The notes under the pieces were generated by a model that had not been told where the DNA came from, ran no database searches, and saw nothing but the letters and a program-made list of their open reading frames with translations. The translations under genes were made by a program, and so were the position numbers. 60,000 bases of DNA from Malacoraja senta (taxonomy: Eukaryota), in the NCBI GenBank assembly GCA_038087875.1, contig CM075987.1:16060001-16120000 (forward strand), in the 5' to 3' direction. This document shows, in pieces, positions 36,368-49,070 of the stretch (its first letter is position 1; every line of letters starts with the position of its first letter).

Positions 36368-37624
36368 GAAATCTTTTCTAATGTGGATTTCGGAGTGAGA
36401 ATTATCTGACACCACTTTGGGCAAAGGTATGCCATTGCCACTTGCATTGACAGGCCTTAGCTCAATTTCTGGCCTGTCCCAAGGACATTTATCTTACCCA
36501 GAAAGGGAACATCTATGTTTTCATGATTCACACCACCAGATGCATCCATTGGCAGGCCACATTAAGGACACAAGATTTCCTTCCCTTCACGACATGGTGA
36601 ATCTGTTTTTTTTATAAAGACCCATTTTAATGAATAAATTGTCATGGTATTTGAGCACATTATTCCAGGTCATTATTTTCTGGTTAATCAGTTAATTAAC
36701 ATAAGAATTAACAGTAATCTGTAAATTTATTGCCTTCGCTTAGGTGATTACTGAGGTTCCTACCATTTATGCTATAAGGATGAGTGAATTAGACATTGAT
36801 TGCTCCAACAGGTGTGATGAGCTTTGGGGGCAAAGGCAAAAGTATTTTCATTGTTCTCGTTTGTCAGCTAATGTGGTCTTCAGATACACGCAACCCTTGG
36901 AAAAATTACAAATTTACTCTGCACCTTTAATGTGGTATAACATTCTAATGTGCTTCAAGTGGGTCGAATGATTAGGCGCAAAAGGAAACGGGAGGAAGGG
37001 AAGATGTATCATCTGGAATGAAGGCGTGGAATGATCTAGCAAGGTAAAGAGGATTAGAGAGAGTTTTTCAGATTAAAGATGAATTGGCTTGAGAGTAGGA
37101 TGGAAAGGAGCCAAGTAGTGAATTAGAGTTAGAAAAATTGGTAGGAATGAGGGGCCAGAAGAGAATGGAATAATAAACAAAGCTTTGAAATGGAGAATTT
37201 TGAAGATCGGCGAGATTGAAGCTGAGACATGCTCTGGGTGATGGGAATTTCCTGCAGCCAATAATATGGGCGGCAGCCCAAGGCTGACTGAATTGTACTA
37301 AAGACTTTCTCCCCATAATTAGAAACCTCCACTGAGACAGCAGTTGACAACTCATAACATTTTGAGAATTAAACCATGTGTGAGTTGGTTGACATGCTTT
37401 GACAATCCTCATGACAGAATCTCTTTCTCTGTAAATAAACTGCTTTGTGAAGGACGCACTTGTTCCTTTCTCAGTTGAAGGACAGGTCCTCAGAATATTA
37501 GATTAAGTTTACTTTTCATATGTCTGTCTCCCTTTGAACCTCTCCCTCCATGTTCTGAATATATCAGTCATTATACTCTTCCTCTTCTCCCCATCTCATT
37601 AACTTTCAGCAGAGTGTCAGCATT

Positions 37625-37915
37625 GACCCTGAAGTCAGAGGTGAGGTAAGAGCTCAACATTGATTTCCATCACCGTCTCCTCTGACGCTGGCTGTCTTTT
37701 CGATAAAATAGGTCAAAATTACATCTGCTTGCCTCGGGTGGAAAAAAAATACCATGATATGATATGAGCAAAAGATTGCCCTGGCCCATATTTATCTTTC
37801 AGTCATTCATATGCTCTTTATGGGAGCTTGCTGTTTGCAAAATGGTTGTTCAAAAGTATTACTTGGGCTGTGAGGCAACCCAGGATGTACTGAGGTTGTA
37901 TAAGCAACTGTAGAG
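37625..37915 (+). mobile_element. Ancient Deu-domain (SacSINE1-like) SINE relic
   Basis: Degenerate match to the Deu-SINE consensus as recalled (…CCTGGCCCATATTTATC…TGGGAGCTTGCTGTTTGCAAAATGG…). Confidence 0.45.
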
Positions 37916-40130
37916 CTTCTATCATTGTGGTCCCAGGAGCAGGCACTGGGGCGCATTTAACATGGAAGTCGTGACCCCACAAAATAATAAGGATCTGAAG
38001 GCCAATGAGAGGAGCAGAAGGTGCTTCCCCCGAGCTCCACCAAATGACACTGGACTGACCATAGATCTCTTCGATGTTGGGAAGATCAGGAGTCTTGATG
38101 AACCAGGCAATGTCCAACACTTTCTGCAGCCTCCTTCATCTTAACAAGAAACTAATACCTATTGATCCGCTCCACCATTGTCCCGTCAATGAAAACACAT
38201 GCATCCGCCCTCAGCTTTCCCTTCCTCAAGTCAACAATCAGCTCCTTGGTCTTGGCTAATATTGAAAACAAGACTGTTCTGACACCACTCAAGTTCTGGG
38301 AGCAGAATTGGGCCATTTGTCCCATCAAGTCTACTCCGCTATTCAATCATGGCTGATCTACTTCCCCATTTGCCTGCCTTCTCCCCATAACCCCCGACAA
38401 CCTTACTAATCAAGAATCTGTCAATCTCCACCTTAAAATTATCAATTGACTTGGCATCCACAGCCATCTGTGGTAATGTATTTATTCCACAGATTCACCA
38501 CCCCCTGACTAAAGAGCACTCAACCAGATTATCGATCTCCAATCTGCGCACTGACTCGTTGATACCTGTTATTCATCTAATGACGGTAGTATCATGGGCG
38601 AATTTACAAATGGAGTTGGAGCTAAGTCTAGCTACATAATCATAGGTAGAGAGAGAGTAGAGCTAGCTACTGAGAATACAGCCCTGAGGTGCGCTTGTGA
38701 TGAGAGTCAGTTAGAAAGAGGTGTTAATGCCAATCCGTACTGATTAACGTCTGCCAATGCGGAAATAGAGGCTCCAGTTACATAAGAAGGAGCAGAGACT
38801 CTGTTTCTAATTTCAACAATGAGTTTGGAAAGAATGATGGTGTTGTATGTGTTGCTGTTGTCCAAGTGGTCCAATGGATAGCAGTGAGTTTGCTGTTGAT
38901 TTGTTGTGGTGAATTGAAGTTGGTCCAAGTCGCTCTGATGCAAGAATTGATTTGTGCCATAAGCGACCTCTCGAAACATTTCATGACAATGGACCTGAAT
39001 GCAGTAGTCATTGAAGCGTGTCACTTTGCTTTTCTTGGGCACTGGAATGATGGATGTCCTTTTTAAGCAGATGGAGGCCTCGGATCATAGTTGTGAGTGT
39101 TTGAAGATGTATGTGAAAACACTAGCCAATTGATTCATGCACGGTTTGAGAAAGCAGTCAGGTACGATTGCTTTCCGAGGGTTCAGCCTCAAGAAAGATC
39201 TTCTGACACGAGCCTTGGCTACAGATCACAGGATCATCTGTGGTTCTGGGTACCCATGAAGGTACATCATTGTTCTCCCTTTTAAAGAAAGTGGATAGGC
39301 ATTGAGCTTGTCCGGGAGTGATGCGTCACTGTCACTTGGGCTATTGGGTTTTGCGTTTTAGGAAATGATGGCATATAAGCCCTGCCACAGTTGCCGAGCA
39401 TCTGTCTGTGCCTCAAGTTTAGTCTGGAAGAGTTCTTTTGCATTTTTGATGGCCTGGAGGGCGTACCTTCTTGTATGATTCTGGATCGCCTAACTTGACT
39501 GGCATAGATCTGGTCCTCAGTAGATTGTGGATTACCTGGTTCATCCAAGGCTTCTGGTTGGGAAACATTCCAATGTTCTTGGTAGGAATGCATTCCTCCA
39601 CATATTTCGTTATGAAGTCATTAGCAACCGTGGTGTTTTTATTTAGGTCCATTACCAAGTCCTTGTATGTTTATCCAGTCTACCAAGTGAAAACGGATGT
39701 AAAGTCATTTTTTTCCACTCCCTGAGCAGCTCTGTGCCATCCTCTTTGCCAGATCTGTGTTCTTCAGTCGTTGCCTATATGTAGGAAGGAGGAACCCAGC
39801 CAAATGTGATTTTCTGAAGTATGGTCTTGGGATGGAGCAACAAGCTTCTGTGATGGTGCAGTAACAGTGGTCAATGTTTGATCCTCTGGTCTGCAGCAGA
39901 TGTGCTGAGAATAGTTTGGAAGTGTTTTCATGCTAGACTTGTTGAAGTCCCCAGCAATGATGGAGAACGCTTTCTGGTGTTTGTTGACCACAATGTATGG
40001 TTCCTCAAATGGTAGCAGAATGTCTGCCTGGGGCAGGATGTAGACTGCAATTGCAACAATGGAGGTGAATTCCCTTGGGAGATAGAAGGATGGCACTTTA
40101 CTGCTAGATGTTCCAGTTACAGGAAGCAAG
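37915..40130 (-). mobile_element. Long decayed Rex1/Babar LINE (APE and RT fragments)
   Basis: Fragments FYLPREFTSIVAIAVYILPQAD...IIAGDFN (APE), FPNQKPWMN, IVMKCFERSLMAQI, KTKELIVDLRK. Confidence 0.85.
38295..38510 (-). mobile_element. CR1 3' stub nested in the Rex1/Babar element
   Basis: CAATCATGGCTGATC...CCTGCCTTCTCCCCATAACCCC...CCACAGATTCACCAC. Confidence 0.75.
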
Positions 40131-43073
40131 AGTTGAATAATGTGTCTGTATTATTTGTTGTAATTATAAGTATCCATGCTGATATGCTATGGGGACATCC
40201 TGGGGGCATAGAGGGCATTTTTAAATATTAATCAGCAAGTTTGGTAAATTACTTATAATACATTACAGGGACTTTACAGAATCTCTGTATTTTTTTTTAA
40301 TAATATTTTTATTAGAGGCAGGTACATATCATATTGAAAACATTTCATGTATATCATTCCTACATTACTAATATCGATTGATATTAACTCTGCTTCTAGT
40401 ATTTTTTTATTTTTGTTATATAGGTAGAGAATAAAAGAAGGGGAAAAAAACATGATAAAGAAGAATGGAGTAAATGACTAAAAGTACAACATTGGAGATA
40501 AATTCATAAATTTTAAAATATAACTTTTCATCTAATCCTTAATTGGAGTTTCAGTCAGGTTCTCGTAGAATCTCTCTATTTGCATGAGCACAACAAGGAG
40601 CTTCTGTGCTTTTAAGTTGTGCTCATCCTATGAAAGTAACAAGATATATTGTGAAATCTTTGTACACTGTCTTTAGCAGTTTTTTGTTATGTGTACACAT
40701 GTCTTTAATATAATGATTATAGGCTTGGATGCAAAACAAATTCATCAGTATTATGATCCAAATGGTAGAGTCAATCTGCACACAGCAATTGCGCAAACAC
40801 ATGTGATAATTGAGGGATGAACTTTGATTAACAAGTCTTCTTTGGTATCTTTTATGTTCACTCAGAAGGGCAGACAATGCTTTAATATCTAATCAAAAGA
40901 AACAGCATCTCTGACATTGTAACATTCCTCATTGCCACCCAAGGGATTTTAGTTGATATGTTTCTGGAATTGGACTCTTACCCCCAGCTCTTGGAATTGC
41001 ATCCACTGAACCAAGACTGACACACAAAACTCAGAATCAGATCTATGTGCCAGGCAAATTATCGTGTATGTTTTTCAGGAATTGGGTATTTTTGTGAAAA
41101 AGTTGGGTCATGAGTATCTGTTTCTTTGCTTAAATGAGCTTTGGTAATGAAAGTGATTGGCCCTGCAGCTTTAGCTATCAAATTTCTTGGCAAGAGGCTT
41201 AATACCATTTTCAGTGGGGCACTTGTGTTCTCCACTGCAACAGCTGAGGAATGCTGACCTTTAACTTGAACTTTATCAGCCTGCAAAAAGGAAACGAGGG
41301 AACAAGCTGACATTTGTCATAAACAATTACGCTTCCTTTGACATGCCGATCAAAACCATGTGTTAACTGAATTAAATTGGCTTGTTCATTGACAAAAATC
41401 TATGGTAACAATCCTTGCTGGAATCCATGGTATTTTAAAAGGACTGCATTTCTCTATTGGGTTGTATGTCTGGTTTTTGGAATAGATGGCTCCAAAAAGC
41501 ACATTGTTTAACCACTAACCGTTATGCATATTGTAATTATTTATTGTCTCTCACAATACCCAGTCTTATGTGGCAATTCTCACGTGCTTCTAGTTAGCAT
41601 ATGAATTGCTAGTGGTGAATGGAGAGCCTGGCTACCTCACTCAAGCCCAACAGTCCAGGTTTGATTTTTGAATTGAGTGTGTACTCTGACAAAGCATTTG
41701 GGATTTGGACAGAGCATGCTATGCTCTCCCAGTTCAGTCTGTTTTCCGGATCAGGATGATTTAAATTTAATATTAGGTGTTTGTTTTGACCTCAACTGAG
41801 TGGTTAAGATCTTTCGGAAAAATCTGAGGTGGCTGCGACTCCTTCCCTATGGACGAGAGCCTTGCACATAAATAGTACTTTTCATAACCTCAGGACATGC
41901 ATGATATTTTAAAGAGAAGGCAGAAGGAGTGATAGAGGTTTCAATGTTTTGATTGGTAAATGTAGAGCTGTCTAGATGGGATTAATAGAAAGGACCCAGG
42001 CAATATCTAGATTTACGTTGATTAGTAGAAAAAATAGCCGAGTGTTGAGAAAAAAATATCACTCAACAAGTGGTGGGTATATGTAGCTCATTGACTGAAA
42101 TGGTGGTGGAAGCAGAAATCCTCCCAATATTATAAATGAATCTTGGAATCGCTTGCAGAGCAATAATCTACTGGGCGATAGACCAAGAGCTGGGAAGTGA
42201 GATCCGTATAAAGTCTGTTTCTGAAAAAAAGTTTATTTGGGGATTTTTAAAAACCAGTATAGATGTATTGGGCTGAAAGGCCACTTCCTGGGCTGTACAT
42301 TTCTATGAATCTATCACTTCGGGAGTCTAAAACTAGGGAACATGAACACAAGAACACGATTAATATGTCTAATGGGGCGATTGGGAAACATCTTACCTCT
42401 GGAGTGATGAAAATAGGGAGCTAACCACTTCAATGAATAGATGAGGTGACTAGAGGGGAAAAGGGTATTGGTTTAATATTGTCACATTGGAAAAACGATG
42501 TCAAATCATACTATGTATGAGATCAATCATACCGTACAAAAGTACAACAGGTAGTGTAAAGACAAAAAAAAGCAGAATGCAGAATATAGTGTTACAATAT
42601 TGTAGCATTACAGTTACAGAGAAACAATTATATGGTCAAGGGATGCTTTAGAGGAACTTAAATTAAAAAAAATAGCTATGCTAAATGGCCTATTTTTGTT
42701 AAGCTAATTTAATTCAATAATCCTGGTAACCTGAGAATCTGAATTGGTAGATTACACTAAATCTGTGAGGATATTTCCTTAGATGGGGGGGTTAGAGAGC
42801 CAGAGGGAATGATCACCAAATAAAGGTTTGGCCATTTAGGACTCCGGACTCAAATGATGAGGAAGTGACCTGTGAATATCCTGGAATTCTCTATCCCCAT
42901 AGATCTGCGAAAGATGTGTCATTGAGAGTACTGGAACGTTTTGAGCCCAAAGATTAGATTTCCCATTATCATACTGAATAGCAGTCGGCTTGAGGGATCA
43001 AATGTCTTACTGCTGCTCTTTTCCAAGATAGATCCCCAAGAAGTCGCCATGAATAAAAATAAAAGGAGGCTAA

Positions 43074-43503
43074 AGGGCCTGTCCCACTTGGGCGACATTT
43101 TCGGCGACAGCCTGACAAGAGGTTGTCGCAGCGTGGTCGGGGCGTGACGCGGGGTGACGCGCGGTGTCTCCCTGCCGCCCCTGGATTTTGGAATGTTCAA
43201 AATCTTCAGGCGACATCTGGGTGTCTTATCATGTCATGCGCCCTGTCACACGCTGACGTACGGTGTCCTGCGGGTGACGCCCAGTGACGCTGATGTTAAA
43301 TAAACAATTTATTTCTTAAAAAGTTATTGGTCCTTAAATTTATTGTAGATAAATTCATTTCCAATGTGATTATTATACTTCGGTCTAACCTTCTCGTGTT
43401 GTGAAGGCGGGTGACCCGGAGTGTCGTACAACTTAGGGCGACTATGGGCGTCAGTCGCTGACGTTCGCAGTCGCCGAAGAAATCGCAAAGTGGGACAGGC
43501 CCT
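43074..43503. mobile_element. PIF/Harbinger-type MITE
   Basis: TAA-AGGGCCTGTCCCACTT...AAGTGGGACAGGCCCT-TAA; perfect 16-bp TIR and TSD. Confidence 0.88.
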
Positions 43504-44044
43504 TAAGTAAACGTTGTGTGTTCCAGAGGCCCGTGATGCATGGTGCCACACTATGTGTTAACCAATCTCTCTTTACAAATGCTGATAAACCTGCTATGAC
43601 TGTCAGCATTTTCTGTCCATTGACCATGTTCTTTCAACTGGGCTTTGTTGTCCACCCTGATCCCAGTTACTGCCGGTGCCAATCCATTGCACTACTGTCT
43701 GGAGTATAAACACTCCTGACCATTGAAGCTTTTTTCCAGCCCAGTGAAGACTCGAAGACATCTTGTCAATACTGGATCGAAAATGTCTTGCAGTCAGGGT
43801 GAATTAGATCAAAGAGATGTACTGCTGTATGTATCTGCTGCTCATCCACATTAAATCTGAATCTGTGCTTGGCTAAATTTATCCAAAGAGTATTTGTTAA
43901 TCATACTTTTATTTCTGAATTTACCGAATATCATATTGAAAATATCAATCTATCTGCATTAATGTTGTCGACAATAAATCAGAGCATTTGTTCATTCTCC
44001 GGCAACTGCCAAGTTCATATTGCTGTTATTCTGGATCTTTTCAT

Positions 44045-44530
44045 GTAGTCATACAGGGCAGAAACAGGCCCTTCAGCCCAACACATCCATGACAACCAAG
44101 TTGCCCCATCTAAGCTAGTTTCATTTGCGTGCATTTGGCCAATATCCCTCTAAACCTTTTCTATCCATGTACCTGCCCAAGCATCTTTTTTTTTTTTAAA
44201 TTTGTTATAGTGCCTGGCTCAACTACTTCCATTGGCAGCTCATTCCATGTACCCACCACCATCAGAGTGAAAAGGTTGCCCCTCAGCATCCTATTAAACT
44301 TGCCCCTCTCATCTTAAACCTATGTCCTCTGTTTTTTGATTCCTCTACCCTGGGTAAAAGACTGTCAATTCTCCCTTTCTATTCCCCCCATGAATTTATA
44401 CACATCTAAAAGATCACTCCTCTGCCTCCTCACTCCAAGGAATAGTCCTTGCCTGCCCAGCCTTTCCCTGCAGTTCTGGCCCTTGGGTCCTCGCAACAGT
44501 CTCATAAATCTCCACACTCTTTCCAGCTTT
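44045..44530 (-). mobile_element. CR1/HER1-like LINE 3' fragment
   Basis: Reverse-complement similarity to 4150-4641. Confidence 0.75.
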
Positions 44531-44658
44531 TCTTTCATTTACTTTGCAAAATATCACAGTTGTTGGGCATCTGATGAAACAAGGAAAATGCTGGAAATGC
44601 TCACATTTTGACAAAGTTATCTGTTTTGAAGGAGTTTCCCCCTTTACTGATGCTGTCT

Positions 44659-45305
44659 GTAATAGTAATAGTAATAGTAATTTTATTGTCAATTCAAATA
44701 ATGTAACAAGTAGTTACACAGAGGATTGAAATTGCGTTTCCCCATACTCCAATGTGCAAGTAATATTTATAAAACAGACAGACAGTGTACCAATAAAAAT
44801 AGACAATGGACAAATACATTATATAAAATATTCATTAATAAAAGATGCAATATAGAAAAGTGCAAGTAGCATACTGCAGACATTGGGTTAAAGTTAATTT
44901 GACAGTCAGTTGGTCTTTGTGTAATGTTCATGGAATTTTCTTGAGTGTGTTGAGTAGTCTGATGGCCTGAGGGAAAAAGCTGTTTTTGAATCTTGTGGTT
45001 TTGCTCCGCATGCTGCGGTAGCGCTTGCCGGATGGTAGGAGGGTGAACAGTTTGTGTGCTGGTAGGGTGGTGTCTTTGATGATGTTGGTTGCTCTCTTGC
45101 GACAGCGAGATGGGTATAAGTCTTGAATTGCTGGTTGGGGTGATCTAGTGATCTTCTCCGCTGTCCTCACCACTCTCTGTAGGGCCTTCTGGTCAGCAGC
45201 AGAGCAACTGCCATACCAGACTGAGAGACTGCTGGTAAGAATGCTCTCAATGGCACCCCTGTAAAAAGTTGTGAGGGCAGAAGGGGGGAGGTCGGCTCTT
45301 CTCAT
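44659..45305 (-). mobile_element. Rex1/Babar LINE 3' fragment with open ORF end
   Basis: LTTFYRGAIESILTSSLSVWYGSC...LFTLLPSGKRYRSMRSKTTRFKNSFFPQAIRLLN; TGACAATAAA plus (TTACTA)n tail. Confidence 0.9.
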
Positions 45306-45952
45306 CCCCTCATGACTAGCTGAGATTGTCCACTATTTATGACAAATACATTGATGCTCCTCCGCTCATCCCAACATTATAGTCAGAATTAGGCTTACCA
45401 AGAAAGCCCTGGAAATAATTAACCTGGGGATTCCTAGGCAGGATTACCTTGGGAATGATGGTCACCATTCACTGGGAATATTTATACATAACATCTCAGT
45501 AGGAAGCCATTATGTATATCCTGCATTTCTATTGTAATCATTCCTGTAACCTCTTCTTTTAGTTATACTTATTCCAAATCAGAATTTAAATTTAGGGAAA
45601 GGGAAGGTACACTAAACACCCAATGTGTGAAGCAGGTGCTGCAATTGGTCAGTTAATCCCCCCTGTCATATTAAAATCTACCTCAATAAAGTTTTTGTAA
45701 AGACCAGCCCATTGACTCATCTGCCTGGCGCTCATTAACATGCTTAGAATGGTGATGCACTGAGATATAACATCAGACAAGAAACCACTGTTCAGTTCAA
45801 TTCGAGCCAAATACTACATACAATGTGAGCCATTGTATTCTGGGTTGTAATAAAGGCTATTTTGCTGGTTTCCTGGAAGCTCAGTAATCTTCCCCAATCA
45901 ATGAATAAACTGATCCAAGACAAGTTCTGGTTCTATTTGTGTGTTGGGTTGC

Positions 45953-45981
45953 GGGGGGGGGGGGGGGGGGGGGGGGAGGGG
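45953..45981 (+). repeat. Poly-G tract (G24)
   Basis: 24 consecutive G at 45953-45976 followed by AGGGG. Confidence 0.9.
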
Positions 45982-47029
45982 AGTCTACAGGGCTCGCTGG
46001 AATGTTCTGAAGCTAATTTTTACTTTTTGTTTTGGAATGATGGACACATTGTACATTTCTAGTATTTTGTTTTGGATGTTTAACTATTCAAATAAAAATA
46101 TTTTCAGAGCTATGAGGAACATGCAGTAAACAGATTCATTTATTTGCTCTTACAAAGAGATGATACAGGCATGGTAGGTTAAATTCCCCTCAGTGCAGTA
46201 TATTAGTGATCTTAAATTGCCTTTCATTTTATTCCATTTTCTGGTGTAAGCTGAGCAACATATATGTGGCTTGGGTGATAGCTAAAATTGGCCTCAGCAC
46301 TCTTAGATTATAACACGCTAGATTATTCACTCTATTGTCAATTGGGTTGAGTGGAAATGGTCCACAAAATAGAATGGCTAACAACAGCCAGGTCAATTCT
46401 TGTCTGCATCCATTGGGTAAGGTGATGGAAGGTGCCATACTTAGACAAATGACCATCTTGAAGTCACTATGATGAATGTGTGGGCCACAAACTGGTTTGA
46501 GAATCAATTAAATGTCAGTGATATCACAGTTCATTTTCTCCTTCAAGTTAAACAGCTATCTGAGCATGTCCTCCCAGTGTCAAACTCACTGAAACCTGGC
46601 CCAAAACCTCTCCCCCTGCTTTTTCACTGCATTCCCAAACTGGAATGCTGCCTTGAACCATGGAAATGTTAAAGCAAATCCTATTGTCACTCAATAGACT
46701 CTTTTTAGTAGCAATGAATGGTTGGGTAATGGGGAATATGAGTTCCGCCTGATCTTCTGCTCATCTCCGACCACCGCAAGTATTGGGATCTATTATTGTC
46801 TATCCACCAAGATCAATAATACAATATAGACCAAGGGATCTCTACAATCTACCAAATACCACAACCTAGCTCCTCGAAAGGAAGAAAGCTAGAGAAGCCA
46901 CAAGAGACAGCTGCTCTCAGCCATTCCACAGAGGGCCCGTCAGCCTTTGGCCAGCTATAGTAGAACACTGGGGGAAAACTCGGGTAATTTCAGTATAATT
47001 TACATTTCCAAATCTTCTGAGCACACTCT

Positions 47030-47320
47030 GCCAGCACTCAGTGCAGTGTTGAGAGCAGCACTGTCAGAGGTGTCTTCTAAGGAGACCTGAATTGGAGGCA
47101 GTCCAAACATCAGGTGTGTATACAAATCCAATGCCACTATTCTGAAGAAAAGCTGAGGTGTTCGCAGTATCTTGTCCCTGTAGCAACGATCCTCGAAAAC
47201 CGACCGTGTGCAGGATATTGCTACCACCTTCTTGCATTGGAACAATGACCCCATCCAATACCACTCAATGAAATTCCTTGGGATAGCACGAGGCGATGAA
47301 AGACGTTATAAATATGCAGT
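47030..47320 (+). mobile_element. Ancient Deu-domain (SacSINE1-like) SINE relic
   Basis: CAGTGCAGTGTTGAGAGCAGCACTGTCAGAGGTGTC...AATCCAATGCCACTATTCTGAAGAAAAGC matches the Deu-domain consensus as recalled; typical tail GAAAGACGTTATAAATATGCA. Confidence 0.55.
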
Positions 47321-47359
47321 TAGCTGATATTTATTTTGGTAGCTACACTTGTGGGCAGT

Positions 47360-47716
47360 GTCCACGCGTCAGTTTACACAAATTGAATTGATCCGATGTT
47401 TGAGCCACAGAGAGACATAAAGGGATGAGGCCGGTGGCGACTCCACGGCAGCGGTAAACTCTTTATTTGACCAGCATCTGACAATAAAATGCAAATGCGG
47501 GAGCGTGTTGCCGCATGTTGTGGGAGCTGCTGAGGATATCTCGAGGGCCGCAGTGAGAGGAAGGAAGGAAGGAAGCTTTGTTACAGCGTCCGCCACATCT
47601 CGGTGAGAAATAAGAGCGAGGGGAGGGGGAGTTTCCTATCTTGTCCCGTCGAGCTTGTACTCGAGTGCGTGGCGAATACAGCATGTGAAAGGTTCACTCT
47701 TCACAACACCGGCCAA
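47360..47716 (+). promoter_or_regulatory. CpG-enriched internal promoter and 5'UTR
   Basis: Unique CpG-rich stretch immediately upstream of an ATG-initiated exon with a consensus donor; contains octamer ATGCAAAT and (GGAA)n. Confidence 0.55.
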
Positions 47717-47800
47717 ATGGAGACCAAATCGCTGTTTAATCTTCAAAAAGCACTCGCACAGCCCGTGAAAGTCTGCATGTTTGATCTGGTGGACGATGCG
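47717..47800 (+). CDS. RALGDS: Candidate alternative first coding exon (METKSLFNLQKALAQPVKVCMFDLVDDA), phase 0; tentatively RALGDS
   Basis: Good Kozak context CAAATGG, 28 open codons, donor GCG|GTAAGT; peptide recalled as resembling an alternative RALGDS N-terminus of non-mammalian vertebrates (unverified). Confidence 0.5.
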
Positions 47801-48743
47801 GTAAGTCAGATGTTAAGATCTGCCCTTTGGTACTGGGTTAAAACTGGCCACCCGCTGTCTCAGCACCGCCTAGTACAGACCTGCCGCGGGGTGGGTGATG
47901 AGGGCAGGCTCGGAGCAATTCGTCTTTCGAGATTATTTACTGATTGCTGCGGATCGGCGGGGAGTACCGGGGAAAAAAGTGAGCTAAACAACACATACAA
48001 TAGATTGTGCTGAACAACAGTTTGTTTACCATTTGCTCGCTTCGGTGGGCCACATGGTAGTTTGCATTGAAGGCATTACCAAAAGAGCATTTGCATAATA
48101 AAACCAAATAACAATGCAGGCACTGGTTATATGGAATTGAATACAAAATGCAGGAAATACACAGTAGGTCAAAATGCAGGAAATACACAGTAGCTCTTTC
48201 TTTCCACTGACATTATCTGACCTACTCAGTATTTACAGTATCTTTTATTTAAGATGTTATTTGTCCCGTCCGCCTGTCTATCTTATTTAAGGATTGTCTC
48301 ATCTGGGGTCAAGGTGGAACTATGGTGACACCACAGCAAAAGTTATTCATCATGATTATACTCTTTTTAACTTTGATCATACTGTCAGGTGCCCTGGGCA
48401 TTTATTATTTTAAACGTGCTTCTAAAATGAGCTACTGTGAGTTTTTGAACAAATGGAGAGGATGTTAAAGAGATTTAAATGTGGATCTGCTTGCTGCCTG
48501 CACTTTTCAACATTGAATCATTGTCACCTTAGCAGTTCAGGAGAGAGCAAGTGTTATCTTCACCTCCCCTTTACACACCCATTCCTGAAGGAGGTAGGGG
48601 CCACTCGGACATGTGGCAAAGATAACAAGGGATCTTGGTGTTTAAACATCTCACTACTGACAGCTCCATGAGAATGGAATCTTTCTCCCTGGTCCCTGGA
48701 ATTTAGAAACTGAGGGAGATTTGTGGTTCACACAGTTCTGTTA

Positions 48744-49070
48744 AGGGCCTGTCCCACTGTACGAGGCAATTCAAGAGTTCTCCCCTGATTCAAGCTCATG
48801 TAATGTACGTAGCGGGTACGTAGGAGCTCGTGGATGTCACGTAGCGGCTCATACGAGTAACGGTAGGTACTCGGGAAATCCGGTAAACTCGTGACGTTTT
48901 TTCAACACTGAAAAATGTCCACGAGTAAAAATAAAATACTCGTGATGAAAAAAATGGTTACTTTTTACTCGTACGAGCCCCTGCGTACCCGCTACGTACA
49001 TTACACGAGCTTGAATCAGGGGCGAACTCGGGAGAACTCTTGAATTACCTCGTACAGTGGGACAGGCCCT
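48744..49070. mobile_element. PIF/Harbinger-type MITE with long inverted arms
   Basis: TTA-AGGGCCTGTCCCACTGTACGAGG...CCTCGTACAGTGGGACAGGCCCT; related to 12478-13391 and 34078-34409; right TSD not intact. Confidence 0.85.

Noticed and set aside
45953..45981. Poly-G as a functional G-quadruplex
   Set aside because: Appears to lie in a LINE-like 3' remnant and homopolymer length may be a sequencing artefact; no evidence of function
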